A stretch of 59,542 bases of DNA from Oscillospiraceae bacterium (GCA_031549735.1 JAVBPF010000048.1:1-59542); one strand, 5' to 3'. Positions 34,736 to 44,367 are shown, counted from the stretch's first letter. Translations and numbers: made by a program. Notes: generated by a model from the sequence alone, not told the origin.

Positions 34736-36252
34736 ACGTCAAGCGATATATAGCCGAGGACGTGCCTAGGGCCATGGAGAAAATCCGCGAAGAGCTGGGC
34801 CGCGACGCCTTCATTCTCAATACGCGCCACATTCGCCGCCCCGGCGTCAGAGGGCTTTTGCAGAAGAAGCTGGTCGAGGTGGTGGCGGCCTATGAGCCGC
34901 CGGATACGTCAGCCGGTTCGGTGAGCCTGCCGGAGGACGCTTTGGCGGCCGTATCTGCCGTTGCGGCGCAAAGAGCCGTGGCCGCGGAGCCAACGCCGGA
35001 GCGCCGCGCGCCTGTTTCGCGCCCGTTTGAGACTGCCCCGCGTCCGCCCGCATCCACGCTGCCGCGCCGCGCGAGCGAAGCCGCCGCGCCGGTGAGCGCC
35101 GTGGCGACCCTGACGTCCACGCCGACGGCCGCGCCGCTTTCCGCGACGGCGCAGCCGTCCAGAATACCGACCTCGTTCAATACGTTTGCCGCCGGCGCTT
35201 ACGGGCCGATGCGCAGTGAACCGCCCAAAGCGAACTTCGGCGCCGCGCCGACAGCCACCATGACCGAGAGCAGAGGCTCCGACCTGCCGTCGGTCAAAAC
35301 GGCGCCCTCTCCGGGGCTTCCGGTCGCATCGGCGGTGTCGGCACCTCCGGAAACGCCGGCCGATTCGGGACGGATGGAGGCGCTGGAAAACAAGCTGGAC
35401 ACGCTGTCCTCGGCGGTCAACGCGCTGGTCAGCAAAATGAATATGGGCGCCAAAGGGACACCCAACGGGTATACGCCCGAGGTCGAGGCACTGGTGTTGT
35501 CATTGCTGGAAAATGAGGTGCACGAGGAGTTCGCGCACAAAATCGGCAAAGAGGTCATGGACATCGTGCTGCGCAAGAACGAGAACGCTCAGGATGTTAT
35601 GGAATCCATCCTCAAGCAGTATCTCGGGGAGATCACACCGATCAAGCTCAAACGTTTCAAGCGCACGGTCGTCATCTTCCTCGGGCCGACCGGCGTGGGC
35701 AAGACCACCTCGCTTGCCAAACTGGCCGCCATATTCGCGCTGAATCACCACGCCAAGGTGGGCATCATCACGTCCGACACCTACCGCATCGCGGCGGTCG
35801 ACCAGCTGAAAACCTACGCCGAGATTCTCGAGGTGCCGCTGACAGTCATCTATTCCCCAGAGGATGTGGCCGAGGCGCTGAAGGATCACATCGAACGGGA
35901 CATCGTGTTCATCGACACGGCCGGCAAAAGTCCGCTCGACCCGACGCTGGAGCCGGAAATCCTTACATTGCTCAAAGGCTCGGAGGCCGACGAGGTGCAT
36001 CTGGTGCTGTCCTCGACCACCAGCTTCACCGGTTGTCTCAACATTTTGAACACCTATTCATTCCTGCGGGACTACAAGCTGCTGTTCACCAAAATGGACG
36101 AGACGCCGACCTGGGGCATGCTGCTCAATTTGAAGTTTTTGACCGACCGGAGTCTCTCCTATATGGCCTTCGGTCAAACCGTGCCCGACGACATTGAGGT
36201 GTTCAATGTCCAAAAGGTGATACGCCGTCTGATGGGAAGAGAGAGCGAATGA
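34732..36252 (+). CDS. flhF: Flagellar biosynthesis GTPase FlhF with a long Ala/Pro/Ser-rich B-domain
   Basis: (M)NVKRYIAEDVPRAMEKIREELGRDAFIL, SRP-type G domain (FLGPTGVGKTTSLAKLAA, DTAG, TKMDET). Confidence 0.93.
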   Translation: MNVKRYIAEDVPRAMEKIREELGRDAFILNTRHIRRPGVRGLLQKKLVEVVAAYEPPDTSAGSVSLPEDALAAVSAVAAQRAVAAEPTPERRAPVSRPFETAPRPPASTLPRRASEAAAPVSAVATLTSTPTAAPLSATAQPSRIPTSFNTFAAGAYGPMRSEPPKANFGAAPTATMTESRGSDLPSVKTAPSPGLPVASAVSAPPETPADSGRMEALENKLDTLSSAVNALVSKMNMGAKGTPNGYTPEVEALVLSLLENEVHEEFAHKIGKEVMDIVLRKNENAQDVMESILKQYLGEITPIKLKRFKRTVVIFLGPTGVGKTTSLAKLAAIFALNHHAKVGIITSDTYRIAAVDQLKTYAEILEVPLTVIYSPEDVAEALKDHIERDIVFIDTAGKSPLDPTLEPEILTLLKGSEADEVHLVLSSTTSFTGCLNILNTYSFLRDYKLLFTKMDETPTWGMLLNLKFLTDRSLSYMAFGQTVPDDIEVFNVQKVIRRLMGRESE

Positions 36253-37208
36253 ACGACCAGGCGGGCGCTTTGCGCCGGATTGTCTCCAATATCAAACAAC
36301 AACGGACCCGCACGCCCGGGCAGGGCGCCCGGGTCATTTCGGTCACGTCGGGCAAGGGCGGCGTCGGTAAAACGAACTTCACCGTCAACCTGGCGCTGGC
36401 GCTGTCCAAAAAGGGCTTGCGTGTTCTGATCGTCGACGCCGACTTCGGGCTTTCCAACGTCGACGTCATTTTGGGGCTCAACCCCGAATATGACCTGTCC
36501 CATGTGGTGCGGCACCAGAAGGATGTCCGGGGCATCATCTGCGACGGCCCATACGGCATCCGGTTTATTTCGGGCGGGTCGGGCGTGCAGGATCTCATCC
36601 GGCTCAGTGAGACGCAGCTCACGCGCATCATGGACAATTTACTGCAGCTGGAGGACATTGCCGACGTCATCCTGTTCGACACCGGCGCCGGCATCACCGG
36701 TCACATTCTCAAGATGATTCGCGCCTCACAGGAGGTCGTGGTGGTGACCACGCCCGAGCCGACCGCCATCATGGACGCCTACGCGCTGATCAAGACCATC
36801 TCGACCGGCATCACGGACCAGCGGGTGCGTCTTGTGGTCAACCGCGCCGACAGCGACGAGGAGGGTCGCTCCACACTCTCCAAGATCGTGGCGGTGGTTA
36901 AGCTCTATCTGCAACTTGACGTCGAGGAGCTGGGGTATATCCCCAACGATACGGCGGTGGCCAAGGCGGTGCGCAGCCAGCGGCCGTTTGTGCTGAGCTT
37001 TCCCAAAAGCGACGCGGCACGCAGTATGGAAGACATCGCGTGGCGGGTGCTGGATTTGGAGCCGGAGGAGAAGGCCGGACTCAAGGACTTCTTGTTGCGG
37101 CTGGTAGGACGCGGGGGGCGGGGGAATGCACCGGCGGCGGCCGAGCTGCCGCTGATCGCGCCCGCGAACGAAGAGACGGCGGAGGCCGAAAACACGGCGC
37201 GTGTGTAG
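36249..37208 (+). CDS. flhG: MinD/ParA-family ATPase FlhG (YlxH)
   Basis: Deviant Walker A motif TSGKGGVGKTNFTVNLALAL, followed by LIVDADFGLSNVD. The start overlaps the flhF stop (ATGA). Confidence 0.92.
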   Translation: MNDQAGALRRIVSNIKQQRTRTPGQGARVISVTSGKGGVGKTNFTVNLALALSKKGLRVLIVDADFGLSNVDVILGLNPEYDLSHVVRHQKDVRGIICDGPYGIRFISGGSGVQDLIRLSETQLTRIMDNLLQLEDIADVILFDTGAGITGHILKMIRASQEVVVVTTPEPTAIMDAYALIKTISTGITDQRVRLVVNRADSDEEGRSTLSKIVAVVKLYLQLDVEELGYIPNDTAVAKAVRSQRPFVLSFPKSDAARSMEDIAWRVLDLEPEEKAGLKDFLLRLVGRGGRGNAPAAAELPLIAPANEETAEAENTARV

Positions 37209-37228
37209 CGCCACAGGAAAAGAGGACA

Positions 37229-38155
37229 ATGGATATGAGAACGATGAAGTTGGGAACGTCCGATTTACAGGTGCCGGTGATCGCCGTAGGGTGTATGCGT
37301 ATTACACGTCTCACCCGTCAGGACGCCGAACGTTTTGTGAAAACATCGCTCGAATTGGGCGCCAACTTTTACGATCATGCCGACATTTACGGCGCGGGAC
37401 GCAGTGAGGAGATCTTCGCCGACGCGGTGGGTATGAGCGCCACGGTGCGCGACCAGCTTATTTTGCAGTCCAAGTGCGGTATTGTGCTGGGCAAGCGGTA
37501 TGATTTTTCGAAGGAACACATTCTGTCCTCGGTGGACGGCAGTCTCAAACGGCTGAAGACCGATTATCTCGACGTGCTGCTGCTGCACCGGCCTGACGCG
37601 CTGATGGAGCCCGAAGAGATAGCCGAGGCGTTTGACGTGCTGACCGCGCAGGGCAAGGTGCGCCATTTCGGGGTGTCCAACTTCAACCCAATGCAGATCA
37701 TGCTGCTACGGAAGTTCGTTCGGCAGCCCATCCTTTGCAACCAGCTCCAGTTCGCGGTTCGGCACGCCGGGATGGTCTCGGCGGGCATCCATGTCAATAC
37801 GACGGAGCAGGAAGCGACCGACCGGGACGGAAGCATTTTGGACTATTGCCGTGTGCATGACATCACCATACAGCCCTGGTCGCCGTTCCAGGACGGTACG
37901 GGCAAGGGCGTATTTCTGGACAACCCGTATTTCCCGGTGCTGAATGCCAAGACCAATGAGATTGCCGCCCGGTACGGCGTATCCAATACCACCATCGCGA
38001 TGGCCTGGCTGCTGCGGCACCCGGCCAACATGCAGCCGGTCACCGGAACGATGAATGTTGATCGTCTGGCCGAATGCGCACAGGCCGTGGATCTTCGCCT
38101 GACACGCGCCGAATGGTATGAGATCTATCTGGCGGCCGGTTATACGCTGCCCTAG
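37229..38155 (+). CDS. Aldo/keto reductase (YdhF-like oxidoreductase)
   Basis: LELGANFYDHADIYGAGRSEEIFADAVG, DYLDVLLLHRPD, GKVRHFGVSNFNPMQI and the C-terminal LAAGYTLP resemble E. coli YdhF (from memory). Confidence 0.88.
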   Translation: MDMRTMKLGTSDLQVPVIAVGCMRITRLTRQDAERFVKTSLELGANFYDHADIYGAGRSEEIFADAVGMSATVRDQLILQSKCGIVLGKRYDFSKEHILSSVDGSLKRLKTDYLDVLLLHRPDALMEPEEIAEAFDVLTAQGKVRHFGVSNFNPMQIMLLRKFVRQPILCNQLQFAVRHAGMVSAGIHVNTTEQEATDRDGSILDYCRVHDITIQPWSPFQDGTGKGVFLDNPYFPVLNAKTNEIAARYGVSNTTIAMAWLLRHPANMQPVTGTMNVDRLAECAQAVDLRLTRAEWYEIYLAAGYTLP

Positions 38156-38160
38156 GTCAA

Positions 38161-38332
38161 CGAGGGGGCTGCCATGCTGCCGGTCGAAGCGGGGCTTCGA
38201 TCGGTTGACACGTCCCTTTTTGGAGAGCACCCCCTCGAAACCGGTTTCGAGGGGTTCCCTCTCCGGTTTCCGCGCTCGTTGCGCGGGATATGACGTTTTT
38301 CCCGCAGCGATTCGGGAAAAATGACTCTGAGG
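38161..38332 (+). repeat. D-family intergenic repeat, copy D2 (between the aldo/keto reductase and the PilZ gene)
   Basis: Collinear with 10152-10322. Stems differ by compensatory changes, e.g. CTCGAAAC.GGTTTCGAG here versus GTCGAAAC.GGTTTCGAC in D1. Confidence 0.8.
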
Positions 38333-38425
38333 CAAATGAGACGCCGGGGATGAGACGATTTGGGGTCAGGGTGAGTATGCATATCCGCAAGGCATTGGCG
38401 CATCTCGACTCGGGAGGACTGAACC

Positions 38426-39151
38426 ATGAATTATGAATTGACTTTGGGCGAACGCATCGACGTGCTGATGGGAGACCAACGCTATCCGAGCGATGTGCAG
38501 GGGTTCTCGCAGGACGGCGAGCTCATCCTATCCGCCCCTACTTACAAGAGCATGACGGTACCGTTGGTCAAGGGCGAGCTTCTGCATCTGGTCTATTACC
38601 GGGAGGCCGGGATGTTTTCCTTTATGGCCGAGCTCATTTCGCGCTTCCGGGAGGGTGAGATGGATCTCATCAAGCTGAAGCTCAAGTCGCCCATCAGCAA
38701 GTATCAGCGCCGGGATTTTGTGCGGCTGGATCTGCTTATTCCGGTTTCCATCCGCCTGCTGGCCAGCCGGGACAACGTGGAACGGCGGTCACTGGACGAA
38801 GCGCTTCGTTTGTTGTATGATCAAAGGTATGTGGGGATCCCCCGGCCGGCTCTGCAAGGGGAACATGTGGCCAAGTGCCTGACGTTGGATCTTTCGGGCG
38901 GGGGGGCGCGTTTTTCCGGCAGTGAGCTTTTTGAAGAGGGCGCTCTGCTTGAGTGTACGCTGCACCTTTCCGAGACGCTGGTCATCACGGTCGACGCGCA
39001 GGTCGTGCGAGTGATAGAGGAGAAGGGCGATTTCCGCCCCTATCGAACCGCCGTGCGATTCGTCAACATCGAGGAGCGCCTGCGCCGCAAGATCATCAAA
39101 TTTATTTTCGACCGGCAGACCCGCGCGCGGCGGGAAGAGCTGGATCAGTGA
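38426..39151 (+). CDS. PilZ-domain c-di-GMP receptor (YcgR/flagellar-brake-like)
   Basis: An N-terminal YcgR-like beta domain is followed by the PilZ motifs QRRDFVR (RxxxR) and DLSGGGARF (D/NxSxxG). Confidence 0.85.
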   Translation: MNYELTLGERIDVLMGDQRYPSDVQGFSQDGELILSAPTYKSMTVPLVKGELLHLVYYREAGMFSFMAELISRFREGEMDLIKLKLKSPISKYQRRDFVRLDLLIPVSIRLLASRDNVERRSLDEALRLLYDQRYVGIPRPALQGEHVAKCLTLDLSGGGARFSGSELFEEGALLECTLHLSETLVITVDAQVVRVIEEKGDFRPYRTAVRFVNIEERLRRKIIKFIFDRQTRARREELDQ

Positions 39152-39247
39152 CCGTCCGGCGTCAAACCCCGGCCGACGGCGTGTATTCTTTCCCAGAACC
39201 CAACGCAATGAACCGCGCTTTCAGGCGTAGAATCGGAGGCGAGACAT

Positions 39248-40003
39248 TTGGATGATTTGAACCGCGCAACCATCTTATGGGACGCATTTTTTGCGTCGCG
39301 CAATATGGAGTCACGCAACGAGCTGGTTATGCTGTATCTGCCGTTGGTCAAGAGTATTGTCCGACGGCTGGTGCCCACCTATCGGAAGCATGTGGATTTC
39401 GACGATCTGATGAGCTGCGGCGTATTGGGGCTCATGGACGCCATCGATAAATACGATAAAACGAAAGAGGTCAAGTTTGAGACCTACGCGTCCCTGCGCG
39501 TCAAAGGCGAGATCATCGATCAGATCCGCAAGCAGGATTGGGCGCCCATCAGCCTGCGCCAGAAAATCAAGCGTGTCGAGGAAGGGTTTGCTACGCTTGA
39601 GAACAAAATGGGGCGCGCCGTCAGCGAGCAAGAGGTGGCCGATCATCTCAAAATGGACGTGGGCAGCGTGCAAAAGACGCTCGAGGACGCGCACAGCTTC
39701 CATGTTATCGCGTTGGACGAGCTGCTGATGAACCATGTGTCGGGCAGCGGCGACGATTCGTTTGCCAGCGGAGAGATGACGCCCGAGCAAAAGGTTGAGG
39801 CGCAGGAGATGAAGCGGCTGTTGGTCGAGTTCATCGAGCAGCTGCCCGAGAAGGAACGCCTGGTCATCTCGCTCTATTACTTCGAGGAGCTGACCCTGAA
39901 GGAAATCGGCCTGACACTCGGCGTGTCCGAGTCACGGGTGTCGCAGATTCATTCCAAGGTGATCCTGTCGCTCAAGCGCAAGATGCAGGAGGCGATTGCC
40001 TAA
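39248..40003 (+). CDS. fliA: Flagellar sigma factor FliA/SigD (sigma-28)
   Basis: Region 2 sequence DDLMSCGVLGLMDAIDKYD...FETYASLRVKGEIIDQIRKQDW and region 4 sequence LTLKEIGLTLGVSESRVSQIHSKV. GGAGG lies 8 nt before TTG 39248. Confidence 0.93.
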   Translation: MDDLNRATILWDAFFASRNMESRNELVMLYLPLVKSIVRRLVPTYRKHVDFDDLMSCGVLGLMDAIDKYDKTKEVKFETYASLRVKGEIIDQIRKQDWAPISLRQKIKRVEEGFATLENKMGRAVSEQEVADHLKMDVGSVQKTLEDAHSFHVIALDELLMNHVSGSGDDSFASGEMTPEQKVEAQEMKRLLVEFIEQLPEKERLVISLYYFEELTLKEIGLTLGVSESRVSQIHSKVILSLKRKMQEAIA

Positions 40004-40188
40004 AGGATTGAAAACGGGGTTTTCAATCCTTTAAGGGGTTCTCGGCCTGCGGACCTTACAGTGAAAATCATTGGTGAAGTGAATTCCCCAATGATTTGAC
40101 TCTCATTGCTTTTGCCAAAATCGGTGGAGCAGGAACCTGCCCGCTGCGGCGGTCAGGCTCCACGCGCTTGATGGCAAAAGGACGGGGA
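40004..40188 (+). repeat. A-family mosaic intergenic element, copy A3 (immediately after the fliA stop)
   Basis: GGATTGAAAACGGGGTTTTCAATCC hairpin, GGGGTTCTCGGCCTGCGGACC, AAATCATTGG-TGAAGTGAATTCC-CCAATGATTT, then CTTTTGCCAAAATCGGTGGAGCAGGAACCTGCCCGCTGCGGCGGTCAGGCTCC...GGCAAAAGGACGGGG. Confidence 0.88.
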
Positions 40189-40227
40189 CGAGACGTTTTT
40201 CAATGACTCATCGTGGAGGTGGGTATT

Positions 40228-40584
40228 GTGGCGATTCGCGGCATTGATATGCAGATCATGGCGACCAAGGCGCAGGAGCTTTCGGCCGACCGCGCGCGCG
40301 CCGACAAACAGCATGAAGTGCTCGGTCAGCAGGCCGCCCTGCGCGGACGGGAGCAGGTCGAGCGCGATCAGCAGCGCACGGGCAAAACGACCAAGGTGGA
40401 GGACGCCAAAATACGCGCCGAGATCGAGGGACATTCGGGCGACGGTGCGTACGCGTCCGAGCGCGGCGAGCAGGACGAGTCCGAAGCCCGCCAGCCCGCG
40501 CCGGGACAGGGACTGCTTGATTTGCCCGTGGAGCGCGGCGAGAGAACGCGCCAGAAAAACTATACGTTCGATCTGACCGTCTGA
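40228..40584 (+). CDS. Hypothetical highly charged ~118-aa protein downstream of fliA
   Basis: GGAGGTGGG RBS precedes GTG 40228. The Glu/Arg/Gln/Asp-rich sequence ends in NYTFDLTV. An overlapping alternative frame (40226..40576) is Arg/Pro/Ala-rich and looks like a GC artefact. Confidence 0.45.
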   Translation: MAIRGIDMQIMATKAQELSADRARADKQHEVLGQQAALRGREQVERDQQRTGKTTKVEDAKIRAEIEGHSGDGAYASERGEQDESEARQPAPGQGLLDLPVERGERTRQKNYTFDLTV

Positions 40585-40697
40585 CCGGCCCATACATAAC
40601 CGACGCTGCCGACGGAGTCCGCCTCCGCCTTCTCTTCACGCGAAGCGGCGCATCTTGGTCGGTTTGCGGCCTTTTTTATTGTGGAGGGGGAAAGGGC

Positions 40698-41294
40698 ATG
40701 TGGCCATACATGATCGGCCTGACGCTGGTGCAGCTTCTGGCGTTTATCCTCTTTGCGCGCGTCATCTCCAAAAAGACAAACGCGCGGCAAAAGAGTACCA
40801 GCATCCAGGTGCGCGAGGCCAAGCTCATTGAAATATACGACCGGCTGGAGGGCTTGATGGATTCCTTTGAGGATTACATCGGAGAGGTGCGCGCCGACAT
40901 TGACGACAAACGCGCCGAGGTGAACGATTTGGCTCGGCAGGTGGGGGTGCTCTACGCCCGGATGGACGAGGCGTCGCGCACCCGAACCCGCGCTATGGAA
41001 CCGACGGTCGGGGGCAACCCCGAAGTATCCGACGCCGCCAAAGCCATTCACGCGCCACAGCCGACGCCTCCGGCTTTGTCCAAACCCGAAGAGGCGCCGC
41101 CGCCCGCCGCGAAACCCGAGCGGGCGCCGCCGTCCCGACTGTCTAAACGCGACCGCGCGGCACTGGATCGGTTCGCCACCAAGCCGCAGAAGATACGCTT
41201 TTTGATGAGTTTGGGCATGTCACTGGAGGAAGTGGCGCGGGAGATGGACATCGGAAAAGGTGAGGTGCGGTTGATCGCCGACCTGGAAAAGTAG
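40698..41294 (+). CDS. Hypothetical single-pass membrane protein with a coiled coil, a Pro-rich linker and a C-terminal HTH-like motif
   Basis: GGAGGGGGAAAGGG RBS. N-terminal TM segment MWPYMIGLTLVQLLAFILFARVI. C-terminal FLMSLGMSLEEVAREMDIGKGEVRLIADLEK. Confidence 0.7.
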   Translation: MWPYMIGLTLVQLLAFILFARVISKKTNARQKSTSIQVREAKLIEIYDRLEGLMDSFEDYIGEVRADIDDKRAEVNDLARQVGVLYARMDEASRTRTRAMEPTVGGNPEVSDAAKAIHAPQPTPPALSKPEEAPPPAAKPERAPPSRLSKRDRAALDRFATKPQKIRFLMSLGMSLEEVAREMDIGKGEVRLIADLEK

Positions 41295-41397
41295 CACTAT
41301 ACAAGGATTGCATACCCGCCGGGTGTGCAGTCCTTGTTGCCTGTGAAGGAGAAATGAAAAGAATTTATGAATTCATTGCAAATTTCTCAAAACCCCA

Positions 41398-41427
41398 TTG
41401 AAAAAGTCTCGACAAATGGGATATAAT
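41398..41427 (+). promoter_or_regulatory. Sigma-A type promoter TTGAAA-18 nt-TATAAT upstream of mreB
   Basis: TTGAAA at 41398-41403 and TATAAT at 41422-41427. Confidence 0.55.
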
Positions 41428-41544
41428 ATGTAGGTGTCGCTATTTGTGGAAAGCTTTTCCATGAAGAGCGCGCCGGCGGGCGTTCCGGCGCCCGCTTTTA
41501 GGATTGGTTCAATGATTTGTAATGATAGAGGGAGTGTGTTGCTG

Positions 41545-42567
41545 ATGGGCCGCGATATTGGATTGGATTTGGGTACAGCCTCCATTTTGGTGTATATCCG
41601 GGGCAAGGGTATTGTTTTACAGGAGCCTTCGGTGGTGGCGCTGGACAAGAATACGGGCAAGTTGCTCAAGGTGGGCACCGACGCCCAGAAGATGCTCGGA
41701 CGTACGCCCGGACACATTGTGGCCATGCGGCCGCTGCGTGAGGGCGTTATTTCCGACTACGACATGACCGAGCGCATGATTAAGGAATTTCTGCGGAAGG
41801 TGTCCGGTTTCCACACCATGAAGCCCCGCATTGTCATCTGTGTGCCCAGCGGCATCACCGAAGTCGAAGAGCGCGCGGTCATCGACGCCGGCTTGCAGGC
41901 CGGCGCGCGGCGCGTCTATCTCATTGAAGAACCGGTGGCTGCGGCCATCGGCGCCGGACTCGACATCACCAAGCCCTGCGGCAACATGGTGGTCGACATC
42001 GGCGGCGGCACCACCGACGTGGCCGTCATTTCGCTGTCGGGTATCGTCGAGTCCTCCTCCATAAAAATGGCGGGCGACGAGTTCGACGAAGCCATCGTCA
42101 AGTATATCCGCCGCAAGCACAATGTGCTGATCGGCGAGCGTACGGCCGAGGAATTGAAAATCAACATCGGCAGCGTATATCCGCGCCCGGATGAAATCGA
42201 CGTGGAGATCAAGGGGCGCTGTCTGATGACCGGTCTGCCCCGCATCTTTACCGTGACCTCCAGTGAGATGATTGAGGCGTTCGAGGAGGTTTCCACACGA
42301 ATTGTGGAGACAATTCATGCGGTGCTGGAGCGCACCCCGCCCGAACTGGTCGCCGACATTTCGACCAACGGCATTGTCATGACCGGCGGCGGCAGCATGG
42401 TCTGGGGCTTTGATCAGCTGATTGAGTCCAAAACCGGGATCGCCACCCGCGTGGCCGACGATCCCATTTCCTGTGTGGTCTACGGCACCGGCAAATCGCT
42501 CGACTGGATCAACGAGATGCAGGACGGCACCATCAACCTGTCGAGACGGAAGCAAATGCAGTCATAG
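41545..42567 (+). CDS. mreB: Rod-shape-determining actin homologue MreB/Mbl
   Basis: MGRDIGLDLGTASILVYIRGKGIVLQEPSVVALD...MRPLREGVISDYDMTE...VVDIGGGTTDVAVISL. AGAGGGAG RBS present. Confidence 0.95.
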   Translation: MGRDIGLDLGTASILVYIRGKGIVLQEPSVVALDKNTGKLLKVGTDAQKMLGRTPGHIVAMRPLREGVISDYDMTERMIKEFLRKVSGFHTMKPRIVICVPSGITEVEERAVIDAGLQAGARRVYLIEEPVAAAIGAGLDITKPCGNMVVDIGGGTTDVAVISLSGIVESSSIKMAGDEFDEAIVKYIRRKHNVLIGERTAEELKINIGSVYPRPDEIDVEIKGRCLMTGLPRIFTVTSSEMIEAFEEVSTRIVETIHAVLERTPPELVADISTNGIVMTGGGSMVWGFDQLIESKTGIATRVADDPISCVVYGTGKSLDWINEMQDGTINLSRRKQMQS

Positions 42568-42577
42568 GGAACAACAC

Positions 42578-42797
42578 AAAGGCGTCAATCGAAAAAACGA
42601 TTGACGCCTTTGCTTTCGCTTGTTGAAAAACCTCGTTTTCCAACAAAGGGGCTCTCGTCCTGAGGGACTCGCATAGAAATGCTTTTGGAAAGTGAATTTC
42701 CGAAAGCATTGATTCTCATAACTTTTGCGAAAATCGATGGAGCAAGAACCTGTCCGCGCGGCGGCCAGGCTCCATGCAATTTTGGCAAAAGGACGGG
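42578..42797 (+). repeat. A-family mosaic intergenic element, copy A4; its first hairpin probably also serves as the mreB terminator
   Basis: AAAGGCGTCAATCG-AAAAAA-CGATTGACGCCTTT (42578-42611), GGGGCTCTCGTCCTGAGGGACTCGCATAGAAA, AATGCTTT..AAAGTGAAT..AAAGCATT, then CTTTTGCGAAAATCGATGGAGCAAGAACCTGTCCGCGCGGCGGCCAGGCTCCAT...TTTTGGCAAAAGGACGGG. Confidence 0.85.
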
Positions 42798-42863
42798 AAA
42801 CACGGCGAAGGGAATACGTGTTGGAGCGACCCGTCGATGATTCAGTGGTGAGTGTTTCCCGGA

Positions 42864-43853
42864 CTAATCAAGCCAAGGGGCTTTCTGCCCGTTGATGGAA
42901 ATGGATTGGATGTCATGCACGTCCAACATCCGGCCGAAATAGCCGCCGACATGCAGGGGGGCGCTCTCGTCGGATGTGTACCATGCATGCATGTATGAGG
43001 TCTCACTTGTCCCCAAACCATCTATGGTATACGTCCTGCCGTTTCGCATCTCAATGGTCACGGTGTCATACATGTGCGTGTATAGCTCTCGCGGACTGTT
43101 TGCCCGCATGTGCAGGCCGCCGAAGGAGGAAACGCTGATGTCAAAAAAAGTGTCCTCATCAACTGTTATCGGCCCGGCGTGTCTGGTTTCCGCTTCCTGA
43201 ACGGGAAAGGTGAGCGTCCAAGGCATACTGCCATTGTGGTATTCCTGCAAGCCTATATAGCCATAGCCATCTTGACTGTCGGGGTCGGGGAACGACAATA
43301 AGTACTGAACTTCCATGGTTAGCAGATCATCCAGCAGCTCCGCGCCGCCAAATCTTAAGCAGTACAGTGTGCATTCGAAGGGGGTTTGTTCCGCCATGAC
43401 GTAATTACGATAACCTTCCGGATGGGCAATTGTGAAATCTGGCCAGACTTCTTCCTTCAGGCGACCCTTCACATCGGTGATTTTCATTTTCAGTATCACG
43501 TTGTATTCGTCGGCCATTGCCGCCAGAATTTCGACGGTGACGCCGTCATATTCCGCCGACACGGGCGGATCCAGCGGTTCAAGATATGGCTCCGCGCCTT
43601 CCTGGTAAAACGCAAGGAGGTTGTCGAACAGGCCGGTGGTGAACGCCAGCACCGGAACCGACGTCACTAGCAACGTAAGGCATACGGCGACTGCCACGAC
43701 CCAGCGGGGGCGGACGCGGGGCCTGCGGTTCTGAGCGGAGGGGTTGTGACCCTCATGCTCTACGTATGTAACCATGGCGTCACGCATTTCGGGGGTTACG
43801 GTCTTGGAGGAGAGCTGCGTGTCAATGGCTGTTTTCAATTGGTTGTAATGCAT
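42864..43853 (-). CDS. Putative anti-sigma factor / DUF4179-like single-pass membrane protein
   Basis: 329 aa with one TM segment (WVVAVAVCLTLLVTSVPVLAF) about 50 aa from the N-terminus. Translationally coupled to the upstream ECF sigma gene. AAAGGAG RBS lies 6 nt before ATG 43853. Confidence 0.7.
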   Translation of the reverse strand: MHYNQLKTAIDTQLSSKTVTPEMRDAMVTYVEHEGHNPSAQNRRPRVRPRWVVAVAVCLTLLVTSVPVLAFTTGLFDNLLAFYQEGAEPYLEPLDPPVSAEYDGVTVEILAAMADEYNVILKMKITDVKGRLKEEVWPDFTIAHPEGYRNYVMAEQTPFECTLYCLRFGGAELLDDLLTMEVQYLLSFPDPDSQDGYGYIGLQEYHNGSMPWTLTFPVQEAETRHAGPITVDEDTFFDISVSSFGGLHMRANSPRELYTHMYDTVTIEMRNGRTYTIDGLGTSETSYMHAWYTSDESAPLHVGGYFGRMLDVHDIQSISINGQKAPWLD

Positions 43854-44367
43854 GGTGGACTCCTTTCTCGTTCAGCGCTTTTTTCAGCTCGGCCCGCGCG
43901 CGGTTGAGACGAACGCGCACCGCGCCCTGTGAGAGATTCAGCGCGGCAGCGGTCTCTTTCACCGACGCGTCCTGATAGTAAAACAGAATGACCACGTCCA
44001 TCAATTTGGGCGGCAGCCGCATCACAAACTGAAGCAGCTGCGTGTTTTCATCCGGCTCGGCGTCGCCTGTGGTCGGGAGCGCGGCCTCGTCCATCGTCGC
44101 GGACAAATCGGTGTGTCTCCGCCAGGCGGACTTCAGCATGTCCTTGCAGGTGTTGATCAGGATGCTTGTGAGCCACGTCTTTTCGGAGGATTGCCCCCGG
44201 AAGCGCTGGTGTGTCCGGTAGGCCTTGAGAAAGGTCTCCTGCACGGCGTCCTCGGCCAAATGGTCATCCTTCAGATAGAGGAACGCGATGCGCAGCAGCG
44301 CCGTGCCATAGGCGCCGACCAGACGCTCGATATCCGGCCGGGATTCCGGTTGAGATGCGGTGTTCAT
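43822..44367 (-). CDS. ECF-type RNA polymerase sigma-70 family factor
   Basis: Region 2 sequence DDHLAEDAVQETFLKAYR and region 4 sequence VVILFYYQDASVKETAAALNLSQGAVRVRLNRARAELKK. The start is ATG 44367; GTG 44379 overlaps the RBS. Confidence 0.88.
   Translation of the reverse strand: MNTASQPESRPDIERLVGAYGTALLRIAFLYLKDDHLAEDAVQETFLKAYRTHQRFRGQSSEKTWLTSILINTCKDMLKSAWRRHTDLSATMDEAALPTTGDAEPDENTQLLQFVMRLPPKLMDVVILFYYQDASVKETAAALNLSQGAVRVRLNRARAELKKALNEKGVHHALQPIENSH

Noticed and set aside
40226-40576. An alternative frame (116 aa, Arg/Pro/Ala/Ser-rich) overlapping the post-fliA small gene, plus the antisense ORFs 40153..40593 and 40256..40639.
   Set aside because: The composition is typical of off-frame translation of GC-rich DNA. 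Only the 40228 frame has an RBS and a protein-like charged composition, and even that call is given moderate confidence only.
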